From the NCBI GenBank assembly GCA_965287045.1, contig OZ336883.1, positions 21,390,001 to 21,454,000 of the forward strand: a stretch of DNA of 64,000 nt, in the 5' to 3' direction. The position numbers and the translations under genes are program-made. This document shows, piece after piece, positions 36,530 to 50,750 of the stretch; position 1 is the stretch's first letter; each line of letters opens with the position of its first letter. Below the pieces are notes generated by a model. The model did not search any database and was not told where the DNA came from. It worked only from the letters and a program-made list of their open reading frames with translations. The DNA is from Carcharhinus amblyrhynchos. Lineage: Eukaryota.

Positions 36530-37330
36530 CAAAGAGCCATAGAATTTTACAGCGCACAAAGATGCCCTTTGGTCCATCATGTCTGTGCTGGCCTTCGAGC
36601 ACCAATCTACTCCTAAACCCATTGACCAGACTTGGTCCATAGCCTTGTATGCTATGGTATTTCAAGCACTCATCTCAACGCTTCTTAAATGTTGAGAGTT
36701 TCTGCCTCTATCACTCGAAGAGACAGTGAGTTCCAGACTCCCATGACCCTCTGGATGAAAAAGGTTTTCCTCAAATCCCTCTAAATCTCCTACCCTTACT
36801 TAAATCCCTGTCCCCTAGTTAAGGGAAAAGGTTTCTTCTATCTACTCTTTCTATGTTCCTCAGTTTTGTACACCTCAATCTGGTTCCCCCTGCCCAACCC
36901 CCAGCCTTCTTTCTAAAGAAAACTATTGCAGCCTAACCAGCCTCTCTGAACAGCTGAATCTGGTGAATCTCCTCTGCAACCCTTTCCAGTGCAATCACAT
37001 CCTGTAGTGTGGCAACCAGATCTGCACACAATGCTGTGGCCTAAACAGCATTTTATACATCTCCATCATAACAACCTGCCCTTATATTCTACACTCTGGC
37101 CAATAGAGGTAAGTATCCCATATACCTTGTTAATCACCTAATCTACCTGTCCTGCTGCCTTCAGGGACCCCAAGATTCCTCTGGCCCTCTGTACTTCCTC
37201 ATGTCCTACCATGCGTTTTGTGTTCTCTTGCCTTGTTAGTCCTCCCAAAATGCATCACCTCACCCTTTTCAGGGTTAAATTTAATTTGCCACTCTTCTGC
37301 CCATCTGACTGGCCTGTCTATATTGTCCTC
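36530..37330 (-). mobile_element. Decayed CR1-like LINE
   Basis: Reverse CR1 tail and ORF2 motifs (reverse complement of YCVQ.W.P). Confidence 0.75.
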
Positions 37331-37541
37331 TCTTTTTACCACACCTGCAAACACCGATCATGACCGCCCCCCGTTCACGTTTAAATTGACATTCTGTACC
37401 AAGTTTCACTTACCCAGTTATCTATATTGCTGCTGACCTGTGCTGACTGTCTCAAATTCACAATTCTCATTCTCCTGTTTAAGCTTCTTCATGGCCTTAC
37501 ATCACCAAGTTTCTGCAGCTATACACCATCTACTCTCTCCA

Positions 37542-37692
37542 NNNNNNNNNNNNNNNNNNNNNNNNNNNNNNNNNNNNNNNNNNNNNNNNNNNNNNNNNNN
37601 NNNNNNNNNNNNNNNNNNNNNNNNNNNNNNNNNNNNNNNNNNNNNNNNNNNNNNNNNNNNNNNNNNNNNNNNNNNNNNNNNNNNNNNNNNNN
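37542..37692. other. Assembly gap (151 N) in ATXN3 intron 5
   Basis: Run of N. Confidence 1.
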
Positions 37693-38352
37693 TGGTGGGA
37701 TGTTTTCACCTGCCCTTCCTAAACGTTTCCATTTCATTTTCCATTGACCGCTCCTTTGGTCGATCCTCCTTTGGCCCAACATCACTGTGAAGCAGCTTGG
37801 GATGTTTTTCTGTGTTAAAGATGCTTCATAAATACAAGTTATTAAATGTAAGAGAGCCAAACTTTACACCATGATTATAGTTCTATGATGTTTGCAGAGC
37901 TACATTTATGAATTGGAAAAATTGGCGTTTTGTGCAAAAAAACACAATCGATTAAAATATCTGGATAAAGTTAAATTTCTAGCCTCCACAACCTCAGCTG
38001 GTAGATTTAATGCAATTTGGAACCTTGCGCCATTCAGATTAGGAAGATTTTCGGTTCAGTCCCTGTTGCTGAGTTAACCAACCTCAGCCTTGATCGCTGT
38101 GGTGTAGTGGTTTACTTTAACTTTCCTAAACCTGGAAATGATAACTACAGGCTGTTAACCAGAGCTTGACCACTAGGTGGCACTCTTCCTCATATTTTCT
38201 GACAGGAGATAATAAATAAGCAAAGATGTTCAGATATATTTGAAAACAAGTGAATGCGAATGTTGTCACAAAATGGTTACAGCACAGAATGAATCTTTTC
38301 AATGCACATTTCATCGATGGAATGCATAATTTGTGCTTTCTTTTCTGTCCAG

Positions 38353-38440
38353 TGGTTTAACCTGAATTCTTTATTGACGGGTCCAGAGTTGATCTCCGAC
38401 ACTTACCTCGCCCTCTTCTTGGCTCAGTTACAGCAAGAAG
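38353..38440 (+). CDS. ATXN3: ATXN3 exon 6, WFNLNSLLTGPELISDTYLALFLAQLQQE(G) (catalytic Asn134)
   Basis: 88 nt, cag/gtatcc. Confidence 0.97.
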
Positions 38441-39540
38441 GTATCCCTTGATTAATAGTCTAACAACTTAGTTCACTATTCATGAAAAATAAAACCCTAA
38501 CTAATTAAATAAGATAAATGGAGAAAGTTTGCTGATTATTTTAAGGTACAGTTTTATAGACAATAAAGTCTCCAAGTATACTTTCAGAGTTGATGGAAGT
38601 TATTGGTAGCCCACAGGTTTTACATTGTAAATGAGGATTGAAAGATTTGCATTTCAGGGCACACATAGATGTTTTGACTCTTAAGAGTACGAATCTTACT
38701 CGTTCTCTACAGCTATATAGGGAAAGAGTGGTTCTTCAAGTTGCATTCTGGAAGTCATCTACTCTAAACGTAAAACTTTCTGTGATACTTTCACGATCAA
38801 ATGGCCTGTGAAGACTTGCCATTTAGCCTTGCATGTAGAAACTGGCCACTTAAGCAAGCTTCTTTGTGGCTGTGCAGCCATAACCCAGCATGGAGTTAAT
38901 TCTTTTGGAAATGACGTGGGAAAGAAATTGGCCATAAAAATAAACAGGCAGGAATGTGCATCAGTAGCAGAGCATATTGTAATTGCAGTCTGAATCAGAG
39001 GTTTTGAAGGTGGAGATCCCGGTTTGCTGGCTAGAGTTATATCATTTTTAAAAAAAGCAATCTCTCGAGATCAAACATAATTCTACAGTCTCATTACAAA
39101 GTAAATTAGAATATCAATGAATAAGATCATTCTTTTTCACTTCTGTTCCAGCTCTTTGCTATGAATTCAGTGATCATTGCAATTATAGAATTCCTACAGT
39201 GTGGAAGAGGCCATTCAGCCCATCACATTGGCACCGATTCTCTGATAGAAATCTTCGCCAGGCTGCCTCCTCCTCCACCCTATTTCCATGGTTAATCCAT
39301 TTAGCCTACACATCTCAACGCTAAGGAGCAATTTAGAATGGCCAATCTCCACCTAACCTGCCCACCTTTGGAGATGAAGGATTTTTATGCCAACATATAG
39401 AAAACTTTCCATTTTAGGTACTCTGTCAGTATCAAGCAATTCCAGAACAATTATTTGGGTATGTGGTAAAGGTCCTTCTACTATGTCCCAGTAACATATT
39501 CCAGTCTTGCTCTTAGACCGGTGCATCTAAAAGTTAGCGA

Positions 39541-39783
39541 TAATTTATTAGTCACAAGCTTACATTAACACTGCAATAAAGTTATTGTGAAATTCGCCTA
39601 GTCGCCGCACTGTGGTGTCTGTTCTGGTCAATGCATCTAATAGGCACATCTTTCAGACTGAGAGAGGAAACCCATGCAGACATGGGGAGAACGTGCAAAC
39701 TCCACACAGACAATGACCCAAGCTGGGAATCGAACCTGGGTCCCTGGCACTTCAAGGCAGCAGTACTAGCCACTGTGCTGCCC
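39541..39783 (-). mobile_element. V-SINE/HE1-like SINE, tail B
   Basis: Reverse motifs. Confidence 0.85.
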
Positions 39784-40034
39784 ATAATGACATTTTTCAT
39801 TTCCTTTTGCTTATTTATTACAATTTACAGAGCAGACAGGATCATGGAAAATATTACAATTAATCTCGATCTCAAATTTCCTAAAGTCAGCAAGTGTTTG
39901 GCAGAGGCACATTTAGCATTTGTTCTGTGTCAGCAACATTCCACAAACTAGTAAATTGAATTATCAGTTAATCATTGCTAGTGGTGTTGGTTGAGGAAGG
40001 AATGTTGGTCAGATAATGTGGCAAGTAGCTATTC

Positions 40035-40293
40035 GAATCCCTACAGTGCAGTAGAAGGTCATTCGGCCCATCAAGTCTGCACAGACCACAGTCCCACCCA
40101 TGCCCTATTCCCACAATCCCACATATTTACCTGGCTAATTGCGCTAACGCTAGGGTCAATTTAGCATAGCTGATCAACCTAACTCGCACGTCTTTGGACT
40201 GTGGGAGGAAACTGGAGCAGCCGAAGGAAACCTACACAGACACGGGGAGAAGGTACGAACTCCCCACACAAGACAGTGACCTGAGGCCAGAAT
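40035..40293 (-). mobile_element. HE1-like SINE, tail A
   Basis: Reverse motifs. Confidence 0.85.
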
Positions 40294-40989
40294 TCTTCCT
40301 CAAAACTGCAGAAATGTCACCCTGAACAGGAAAATCTCAGTTTACCGTCCCACCCATGGATTAGCTCCTCCCCCAGTGCAACACCTCCATGTCACAGCAT
40401 TGCTGCAAGCTTCCCACAACCTTATGATCGAGAGTAGATAATGGTTTGGAGTGAGCCAAGGTGGCACTTCTCATCTGTTTTGTTTATTGCAAATTTCTAA
40501 CATACCAAGATTGATTATTTGTACTCTGTGGGTTCAGATTTTTAATGTTAAGAGTTCCTATATTGAAGTGCGAGGATAGAGGGGGGAGGTTGGGGATGGT
40601 GAGCAATTGGATTTTTAATGCATGGAACTTGAATTTTGTAGATAGTTTTTCTATAAATGCGCACGTTTTAGCAGAAATAATATGATTGTATAGGACATTG
40701 TATTTAATCATGATTCTGCTTGATCAAATGTGGCCCATTTAGTCATTATGCTATATGCATCCAGCCCACTGGCCCAAAAGGGAGGAGGTCCTTGATCTTA
40801 ACCAGTTAGGTCTTTTAGGTGGCTCAATGTCACAGTTGGTAATGTGATATCACAGTTGATTTTACCTATTTGTTTATTTGAGGAGAGGCTTGTGTTTATG
40901 TCAGAATGACCTCATTTAAGGTAGGTAACCAAAGGTTTGTAGTAAAAATTTTATATTTTGTTTAATTTCATCAAATGAAAGAATAGTAT

Positions 40990-41820
40990 AGCACAGGAGA
41001 AGGTCATGTACTGATCGGGTCTGAGCTGGCTCTTTTGATGAGCAAGCCAGTTAGTTCCACTCCCATGTTCTTTCCTCAGATCCATGCAATTTCCATTTGA
41101 AGATACTGTTGAACCTATATCCACCAACCTACCAGGCAGTGTATTCCAAAACCTGATCACTTGTTGCGTTAAAAATAAGTTGTTTTTCTTGTACCATCAC
41201 TAGTTCAAAGCTTAAATCTTTGTCCTGTCATAATTGACCCTTCAGCCATCAGAAACAGTTTCTCTTTACTTATTCTTTCCAAGCTCTTCACAGTTTTGAT
41301 CAACACTACCAGATCTACTCTTGGCCTTCTCTGCTCTAAGGAGAATGACCCCAGCTTGTCCAATCTTTCCACACAATTAATCGATCATCCAATCTAGCAA
41401 ATGTGTCTGTACTCTCTCTAAATCTTTCTTGTCTTCTCTGAAGCTTGATGTCCAGACAGCGTGGTGGCGCAGTGGTTAGCACCGCTGTTTCACAGCACCA
41501 AGGACCTGGGTTCGAGTCCCAGCTTGGGTCAATGTCTGTGTGGAGTGTGCACGTTCTCCCTGCGTCTGCATGGGTTTCTTCCCACATTGTGAAAAACATG
41601 CTTGTTAGGTGCTTTGACCCAAACAGGCATCAGACTGGCGACGAGGGGAATTTCACAGTAACTTCATTGCAGTGTTAATGTAAGCCTTAGTTGCGACTAA
41701 TAAATAAACTTTACTTTAGAATTACACACTGCTCCAACTGAGACCAAACTAGTGTTTTTATCTTGGTTTAACTTAACTTCCTGGCTTTTGTACTCTATGC
41801 CTCTATTTATAAAGCCCAGG
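40990..41820 (-). mobile_element. Decayed CR1-like LINE interrupted by a SINE at 41455-41717
   Basis: The - strand reads IRFWNTLPGRLVD. LINE sequence resumes after the SINE. Confidence 0.65.
41455..41717 (+). mobile_element. V-SINE/HE1-like SINE, tail B
   Basis: Head GGTGGCGCAGTGGTTAGC...GGTTCGAGTCCC plus tail B. Confidence 0.88.
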
Positions 41821-41849
41821 ATGATTGATTAATTGCATAATTTCTCCAG

Positions 41850-41988
41850 GTTATTCGATATTTGTAGTAAGAGGAGAACTGCCAGCATGCGAAGCTGATG
41901 AGTTACTAAAAAGGATGAAAGTGGTGCAACGAGAGAGGCCAAAGCTAATTGGCGAGGAGGCAAATCAGCGAACAGAATTTGGTCAGAG
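41850..41988 (+). CDS. ATXN3: ATXN3 exon 7, YSIFVVRGELPACEADELLKRMKVVQRERPKLIGEEANQRTEFGQ(R)
   Basis: 139 nt, cag/gtactg, phase-compatible with exon 8. Confidence 0.92.
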
Positions 41989-42368
41989 GTACTGAGGAAC
42001 AAAATTGCTCAAGATCTTTTTTTTTTCTTTCTGTTATAAAACAACCTACACCTGGTGCCTATCATTTCTGTTTTTACATAGCCTGTTTTGCTATGTAAAA
42101 TTCTGACTCCTAAGGGGCATCACACCCAAGTTCTACAGGACTCATTTCCTCAGATAAGCTCAGAAATGTTCCAGGGAACAAAATTTGGTTTTAAATGCCT
42201 TATGGCAGCTAAGTACAAAAATAGACTAAATGAGGGAGAAAAATGTTCTCGATTAGATTAACAGGAATGTAATACCCAGTAAGAACAACTGGAGGAGGCT
42301 TTTTTTGTGTGAATTTTACCAACTTCACATTCTGTCCTTTAATGTATTTTTAAAATTGTGTTTTATAG

Positions 42369-42538
42369 GGTACAGAACAATGACTGGGAACAAGCAATCG
42401 ATATGTCCAAATCAATTACAAATGCTCTGGATGAAGATGATGAAAATCTGCAGCGGGCATTGACGTTAAGCCGCCAGCACATGGAGACAGAAGATGAAGA
42501 AGCAGATCTGCGAAGAGCGATTCACCTCAGCATGCAAG
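42369..42538 (+). CDS. ATXN3: ATXN3 exon 8 with UIM1 (DEDDENLQRALTLSRQ) and UIM2 (EDEEADLRRAIHLSMQ)
   Basis: 170 nt, tag/gtgagg. Two canonical ubiquitin-interacting motifs. Confidence 0.95.
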
Positions 42539-43889
42539 GTGAGGCTTGGTGCTCTGCTGAGAAAGTAGCTACTCTGTTAAAAGAATTGCCCTTATAACGA
42601 CAAACATCGAACCTTTATCCGAGTACAAGCTAATCTGGAGCTTTGATTTCAGATCCTTATTTTCAGAGTAAGATCCTACTGATTTTAGTCTGTCCAGTGT
42701 TAACTATTTTTGCTGCTGTTGTTATTATTGAAATTATAATAGGGAACATTTAGAATCCAATTGACCACTGTTTAACTGTTTACTTACAATAACTTAATTG
42801 TACTAAAAATAACTTATTCATCTTGCAATAAGAAAACTTTAAACCAACAATATTTGGTTTAAAAAGTATGGTAGCTTTTTTTGATGCTTTGAGAAAACGT
42901 AATGATGAGGATGTGTAGTATATTAAAGCAAAATACTGCGGAAGCCAGAAAGCTGAAATAAAAGTAGGAAATACTCAGCAGGTCAGGCAGCATCTTTGGA
43001 GAGAGAAAAAGATTAAATGTTTTGGATGGATAACCTTCCCTCACTTTTTATGCATTGTTTCAACTTTAATGTAAAGCTGAAATCTCAGTCAGAGCAACGT
43101 GATGCATGTCTGCTCTGCTCGTGAAACCACTACAACTTATCTGTTGGAGTTGGTCTATGAATTGAGCAGGAAAATTGCCAGGCCATCCTCTAGATTCTTA
43201 CCTACCCTTGTAATGGTTTCCCTGCAACTTAACTGGACGGTTTCCTTTATCAAATTGAGTATTCCAGTACTGGCGATCTTGCGATTGGACTGATAGATAA
43301 CACAAAGATTTCTCTTACGATACTGTTGAATAAAGCTTTACAATAACTTAAATCTGTCTGCCATTCAACATATCTGGACTGTTGTCAGCATTCTTGTTCA
43401 TAAACTGTTTCTCACATGCATATTGTACATTTGTGCCTGTTTCAGATCTTGCCCACCTCAATACCAACTCAAATCATTTTTAATTGTACAAATATACTGC
43501 CAATCCAACAAGCAGAACTTGTCACATTAATATGATATGATAGCTGTAGAATTATTGTCCACTGGGAGGAATGTGTGCCTCTAAAAGTACTCGTTCATAT
43601 TGGGAATAGCATTCAGCTTGTCATTGAAGTTATTAAAAACTAGAACCAGGGTAAGGCACAGTTGTATCAGTGTGCATCAGTTTGGAGCAATTACTATTAC
43701 AAACTGGAAAAAGATTTGCATATACGTAGAATGCATTAGACTATAAAATTGCCCCTTAGTGTCAGAGGGATGAGCAGGGCTAAAAAAATGGGGTTATTGT
43801 GTTATGGCCTGGCTGGGATTGTTGGTACAAGCCCGATGGGCTGAATGGCCTCCTTCTGCACTGTCAGGATTCTATGTTACTAGTTTTAA

Positions 43890-44122
43890 AAAATTCAAAT
43901 TACTGCAGGTGCTGGAATCCGAAAGCAAAAGAGAAAATGCTGGAAAATCTGAGCAGGTCCGGCAGCCTCTGTAAGGAGAGAAAAGAGCTGATGTTTCAAG
44001 TCCAGATGACTCTCTATCAGCTTTGACAAAGTGTTATCTGGACTCGAAGCGTCAGCTCTTTTCTCTCCTCACAGATGCTGCCAGGCTGGCTCAGATTTTC
44101 CAGAAAATTTTCTCTTTTGGTT
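43890..44122. mobile_element. Palindromic repeat family P2 (Penelope-like terminus); related copies at ~20-190, 940-1055, 42925-43045, 47005-47140 and 54490-54630
   Basis: Inverted arms AAAAGAGAAAATGCTGGAAAATCTGAGC..GGCAGC.TCTGT.AGGAGAGAAAAGAGCTGA / TCAGCTCTTTTCTCTCCT.ACAGATGCTGCC..GCTCAGATTTTCCAG. Confidence 0.78.
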
Positions 44123-46739
44123 GTATGATTCTACGTCAGTTTGTAAAGGAAGGCACAAATGGTGAACACCCTATCTTCAGTGGCTTCATTGCACAAGCCT
44201 GTGAAACTTAATATATTGCACAAAGCAATGAGGCAATGAGAGATTTGCATCTCAGATTCCTGCATGGTTAATTCCCGATCTCAACACTTCCCAATAATGG
44301 GGAAGCAGAGGCCAATCACTTTACCACAGGTACACAGAGAAACTCATCACTGCAGGCCACTGTCATATAGCTGCCAATAGTTGGCAACAATAGTAGCACT
44401 AATGAGGTAGCTTTATTTTCCAGGGAAGGTACACATGGGTGGTAGTGGGGAGCAATTGGGGGTTGGGGGACACTTAGCAACACAACAGGAAACATTTTGC
44501 TGCTATTTTGTCAATTCTCAGCCTGCGGAGTAAGTTTTTCCGTTTTGTCGATGTTTCCCTCAGTTTCTGATGCAGAAAGTTGCAAATCGAGAAGAGTTGG
44601 GGAGTTCACCTAGCATTTTGGCCAACATTTATCCCTCTACCGTCACCTGAAACAGGTGCTCTGGTCATTTGTTTTATTGTCTTTTTGTGGGAGATAGTTA
44701 TATACAAAATTGACTTTGTGTTTTCTACATTACAGTAGTGACAACACTTTAAAAGTACATCATTGTTTGTAAAGTGCTTTAGGACACCCTGAGACCATGG
44801 GAACTGCTTTAAATACAGATGTCCTTTTCTCTCTTTTGTTTTAGCTGTGATAATCAGTTCGCAGCAGCCAAAGAATGTAGAGGGAAAACTGTGACAATAC
44901 ATGAATGTTTTGCCCTATTTTTCCATCTGCTTCAGTTCATCTTCAACATCTCATATTGATCTAAATTATTTTGACGCTCTTTCTGTGAAAAGCAAGATAA
45001 ATAGTAAATTGTTACAGTTCTGTTTTATTTAATTTTCAGTTAGAATACATTTTATATTGCTATATTTCTACAGTTAGTGTGTTATTTGGACTAGCAGTAG
45101 ATTAAAATAGTTTTTATCCTTTGACACAGAAATGTACAAAAGAAGGTGATAGTCATCACATCCCCTGCATGGCTGGAATGAGAGCAAAGCTGTACTGTAT
45201 ACCGTATGTACATACAGTCTCAAAAGGGAGAGAGGTTTCGTTACTGTTCTGTTCTATAACTGATTCAGAAATAAAACATGAAAACTATGTTTTTATGTTT
45301 ATCTTTGTTTGTAGTTTTAGAAAATCTTAGTTAACTGCAGATATTTATAGTTTCTTTAAAAAGTAGAATAAAATAGTTTTGATCTAATCACACTGTTGAA
45401 GTGTAATTATGACCACATAAAAGGTTTTTCCAGATTAATGCAATGAAATCTGCATTAAGAGAAATCATTGAGGTATATCGCAAAATGGTCCTATGAGGAA
45501 TCATCTATATAATTGTCATTTAGTTGAGTGCTGAAACATAACATAGTGAAATTTTTCTTTTGACATAACCCTGCCTCCATAATTGGACTGCCAATTCCAA
45601 GAATTACAGTAAATTTGTTAGTTGGGCAATAAAATTATACAGTTGTGCAAAACAGAGGATGCAATTTGCCAATCGTACCTGTCCTGGCTCTCAAAGAGGA
45701 TCCACTTAGTCCCCTTTCTCCCATATCCTTTTAAGTTAGCTTTTTTCACATTTAACCATTTCCGTTTTTGAAGATTATTTCTTTTTCAGCGCTCTTTTTA
45801 TTAAGGCTTTGCATGGTGAAGCAGCTTTCAATATTAAGTGAAAGGCTCTAACTTTTTCCTTTATCTTTTTGTTGGTGTTCTTTCTTTCCCTTTCTTCAGT
45901 TATTTTCCCTTATCAAATCTCCTCAGATGTGAACGCATGTATCAGATTTCCTTTTTGCCTCATCTGTTTTAGTGACAAAGGCCCTAATTTCTCTCACCTT
46001 TCCTTTTAACTAGAGTAAGTTAATTACAAAATTAAGCTCTATTCTGCAATGTTTTCAGAATTTCACTCATAAATTTGACAGAAATGCATTGTCTTCTAAA
46101 CCATTGATTAAAAATAAGTCTTTTAAGTTAAATGTGCAACTGTCCGGATTCAATATTCAAAGTATGGAGTACTGGAGTTGTAACAAATGATATTATAAAG
46201 TGTTAGGATGTGTTTAGAAGTCCTTACTAACTGATGGCAGACTGCAGAGCTAAGCGGAAAATGGGTGCTTTCCTACGACCAGGCAAACTCTGACCCCAGC
46301 CCACTATTAAACACCTTGTAGCAACCAACAGCATGGAAGAGCATAGCATGGAAAACTTTAAAAGAAAAATAGTGCATTCCGCTGTATATTCAGTGCATGG
46401 GACCTGCTTTATGTCTGAAAATTTTCAAGTGCTTGCCGTAACCATTACTCCAATATGTGGCATTGCGATGGGCCTTTCCAATGCTACCAGTCCCAGATTT
46501 ATGGTACACAGTAGATGTTATTAAATAGTTGGACCATATCATGCTGTGATTGTCTAATCTGATCAATGTGTTTCACAAATTACTCCATTTTCTCAATCTT
46601 TTGATAGGTAATTACACTTCTGATGTCTAAGATAAGGGTTTAAACAATGTGTAAAATTATATTTTACAAAAGTGATTAAATGCATCCACTGAATTTTCCT
46701 TTAATGCATTCCATAAAGTTTTCATTTCAAGACCACAGA

Positions 46740-47870
46740 ATTTCCTAGGCATGAGGGAGAAACCATGTAACTATAGACCCATCAATTTAATATCAGTTGT
46801 GGAAAAGTTACTGGAATCTTATCATCAGAGACAGAATGGCTGAACATTTGGACAAGTATGAGTTGACCAGAGAGTCAGCATGGATTTACGAAGGGTAGGT
46901 TATGTTTGACTTATCCAGTTACAATTTTTTGAGGAATCATTGTGGAAAGGGGAGAGGAGCCTGTGAATGCTATGCATTTGGACTACCAGATGGCCTTTGA
47001 TAAGGGTACAAAATGCTGGGAATCTGAAATAACAGGAAATGCTGGAAACACTCAGCAAGTCAGGCACTATCTGTGGAGAGAGAAACAAGAATGTTTCATG
47101 CGGATGACCTGACAAGAATCAACAATCTGAAATTTTGACTTTTTATGTTTATAATTCATATTTGATAAGCAGATTGACAAAAATGGAAGTGCATAGAATT
47201 GTAGGTCAGGTTGTGACATGGTTGGTAGTTGGTTGGTATGATATGAGACAAAATAGAGTAAAGGGCTTGTCTTTGATTGGCAGGATAATGACAAATGATA
47301 TTTTCCAAGGATCTGTATGTGACCACACATTTTTCACCATATATGCTAATGACTTGGCTGAAGGAAACAGGAGTAGCAGATGAAACTATGTTAGGGGGTA
47401 CAGAAGCAGTAATTGATAAGTTATGTAGATGGAATCAGAACAGCTTAATTTGTAGGCAAAGCAATGGCAGGTGGAATTTATTGTGGGGAAGTATGATGTT
47501 ATCCCTCCTGATAGAATTCAGTTTATATCCCCTTGAGTTTAGATGGTTGAAGGATAATCTAAAAAAGATGTTTAAAACAATTAAGGTATTCAATAGGATA
47601 GTTACAGAAAACTTAATTTGTTTTGGTGGGAAATCAAAACAAGAGGGCTATTAAAATTAAGGCTAGCCCATTATGGAGGAAAATCATCCAGGACTATTCA
47701 CACAAATGGGCAGTGAAAATCTAGAACTCACTTTTTTCCCCTGAAAGGCTGTGGTTGTTGGGTCAACTGAAATTTTGAAAACGGAGTTTTTTTGTACGGT
47801 AAAGATTTTGAGGCATATGGAACAATGGCATTTAAAATCAAGTTGAGGCATCTGATTAAATAGCTGAGCA
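46740..47870 (+). mobile_element. Decayed CR1-like RT region with an internal palindromic-family insertion (~47005-47140)
   Basis: aactatagacccatcaattta (NYRPI.L) and agtcagcatggattt (SQHGF) RT motifs. Confidence 0.75.
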
Positions 47871-50079
47871 GATTTTAAAAAGTTGGACAGATTTGAGGGG
47901 CATGAGTGATTTGGGGATGGCTTGGAAATGGGAATGCTGTTTTATTCCTCCATTGCAACCATTAGCTGTTAGTGGCTTTCTTTCTCCTTCTTTCCATTCC
48001 ATCTGAAAGGAAGGTAGAAGAGTACAGACAAGGTAACATCAGGGAACTAAAGACAAGATTTAAGGGGGAGAAAAACATAGAGAAGAGAAATGAAAGAGTG
48101 AGAAACACAGCTGCATAAAGAAAGCAGAAGCCAGCATGAGTGTGGCCATATTATTTGGCACCCAAAATGCAATGCCATGGGAAAGAATGGCTGCTCGTAA
48201 AATGGATTGCGGATTAACAGGCAGTGTTATTTTCTAACATATTCTTTTTCCTGATTTGAATCAAAAGAAAAACATTTTTTTTGTAATTAAAATCTAGGGA
48301 TCTAATTTTGTTCACAGATTTCTTGGTGACTCGTGATTATAGTATAAGCCCATTATAGACTTGATTTTCTCTGGTTACCTATTTAATTTTTGTATTGAAA
48401 TGATGATAAACTGGCAGAGTTCTTTAGGTTTGGCAGTATATTAAGACTGACAGGTGAGTGGGTGGGTGCTGCAGTGAGGGTTTTATGCCGAGGTTTACCT
48501 TTGGAGTAATACAATAGGGAATAAAATGTCTTGTGTCATCTTGGTATTTAAATTACCAAGTGTTGTTTTGACTCTTCATAGTACAGATTATTCTCCATTT
48601 ATGCAAGGTAGCTTAAATGTTTTACATCTTTGAAAATTATTTTATTTTGTAACTAATGAGTGGCTTGTTTTAATTACTTTGCGTCATGATGATTATCTTA
48701 TTGCCATTTAAGTAACCTGTGAAGTTGGGAAAACAATTGTGGGTTAATCTACAATTAAGGTTGTGGTGCATTCTGTAATAGTGAAGAAACATTTTTAGTT
48801 TGTTTTTGGCTGTAATACTGTAGACACTTCAAGTAATACTTACAGCTGAGAGGGTTATGATAGTACGGTTGAATTCTAAAATTATTTTTCACAGTGGTTT
48901 TCCTTGGAAGATGTTGCTAATATTCCCTATTGAGTAACAAATGACAGCGGATGCATCTGATGTGGTGGAGAAAATAGTGGTCAGCGATGAAATGGTCGAC
49001 GAGGTATTGGAATATTTGAAGATTCACTATTAGTTGGTGTAACAGGGTATGTTAAAGGAAGTGAGTTATCTCCTAAATGATGATTAAAGTGCAAACAGTA
49101 GCCTATAGCCTAAATATGTTCCAACACTTCTAGCTCTTAAATATATTTTAATTAAAGCAAATATAAGGGATACTATAATGGAAATTTGAAAGTTCAGGCA
49201 ATGCAAATATACTGAATGATTTCAAAAAACCCAAACATTGGTTCCAAAATATCCTAAGTATGAAGTAAGAATGAAAACAGGTTTATAAAAAAGTTGTCCG
49301 CACCCACATTGAGCACTTTTTGAGGTCATTATATTGCTAATTGCATAAGGGTTTTGCTATTGTCTATTTTGGTCTTCTGAAAACATTTGTTAAGTTTACT
49401 CAGAAATCACTCAGCTGAACTGAAAACTTTGGAGGTTTTGGTAAAAGTTGTGGATGAGGTAAATGTTTAAACAGGGCAATAGGGAACAAAGAAAATATAT
49501 TAATGATCATTATGCAAATCAGGTGTCCTAACCATACCCTTGCAAGTTTGTGGTCTGACTGAAATATCAGTTACCAATCTGCAGTACTTTTCTAGTTGAC
49601 CAAAATTGCCTAATCAAAAGTTATTCCTGAACTCTTGCAAAAGAACGGAGCATTGTAGCAATGAATGTGTGATGCCTGTTTCTGTTCAGGATATTTATAT
49701 GCTCTCCTAGAGTATTTTCTAAATGGAAGGCTACATTTCCAAGTTAACTCAAAGTTAATTATTTCCAAAGAGGGTGTTTGTCCTCAAGATGATGTGTAAT
49801 GTCTGAGTAATGGGGAAGAGGGAACTTAACGTTGGGAACATAGTATTGATGATGACATGGTTGAGTATGCAATATAAGCTGTTATTACTAGCAGATATAG
49901 CACAGAATGAAGGTTAACAAGCTACTTAGACATTGTAAAGATGAAATAGTCATAGTAAAGAATCAAAGTATAGGATATTCTAGGAAATAGTGATCATAAC
50001 ATAGAATTTCACATTCAATTTGATAGTGAGTAACATGGAATTTGTGTCTTAAGCTGATACAAAAACTATTACAAGGGTA

Positions 50080-50750
50080 TGAAGACACTTAGCTAAAGTG
50101 GACTGGGAAAGTTGGTCAGAAGATAGGACGATGGAGAATCAGTGGCAAACATTAAAGGGCAATAAATGCTGGTCTAGCCAGCAACATCCACATCTCATAA
50201 ATTAATTAAAACAGATACAGCAAGTAGTTAGGCAAATAGAAAGATGGCCTTTATTGCAAGTGGAATAGAGCACAGGAGTAGGGAAGTCTTGCAATAGTTG
50301 TTCAAGGCCTTGGACTGCACCTGGAGCACTGTGTGCAGTTTGGCATATTTAAGGTTCAGCCTATACTCATTGGAGTTTAGAAAAATGCAAGGTGATCTTA
50401 TAAAAGCAAAGGAATTTAAGGGTTTTAGCAGATGGATAAAGGTAGGATGTTTCTGCTTGTCAGGGAATATACAACTAGGAGTCACAGTTTCAAAATAAGA
50501 AATCTCCCATTTAAAAAAGAGATGTGGAGAATTTTTTATTCTAGAAGATCATTAGACTTTGGGATTCTGTTCCTCTGAAAGCAGTGATGTCTAGATAATT
50601 GGCTATATTTGAGGCTAAATTAGACAGATTTTTAATTGACTAGGAATTTGAGAGTTATGCAGGCCAAAATCAGATCATACGAGATCATATTGAGTGGCAG
50701 CGTATGCTCAAAGGACTGACTGGCCCATTCCTGCTCCTATTTCTTATGAT
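50080..50750 (+). mobile_element. Decayed CR1-like LINE 3' fragment
   Basis: YSLEFRKMQGDLIK and the tail cctgctcctatttcttatg. Confidence 0.75.
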
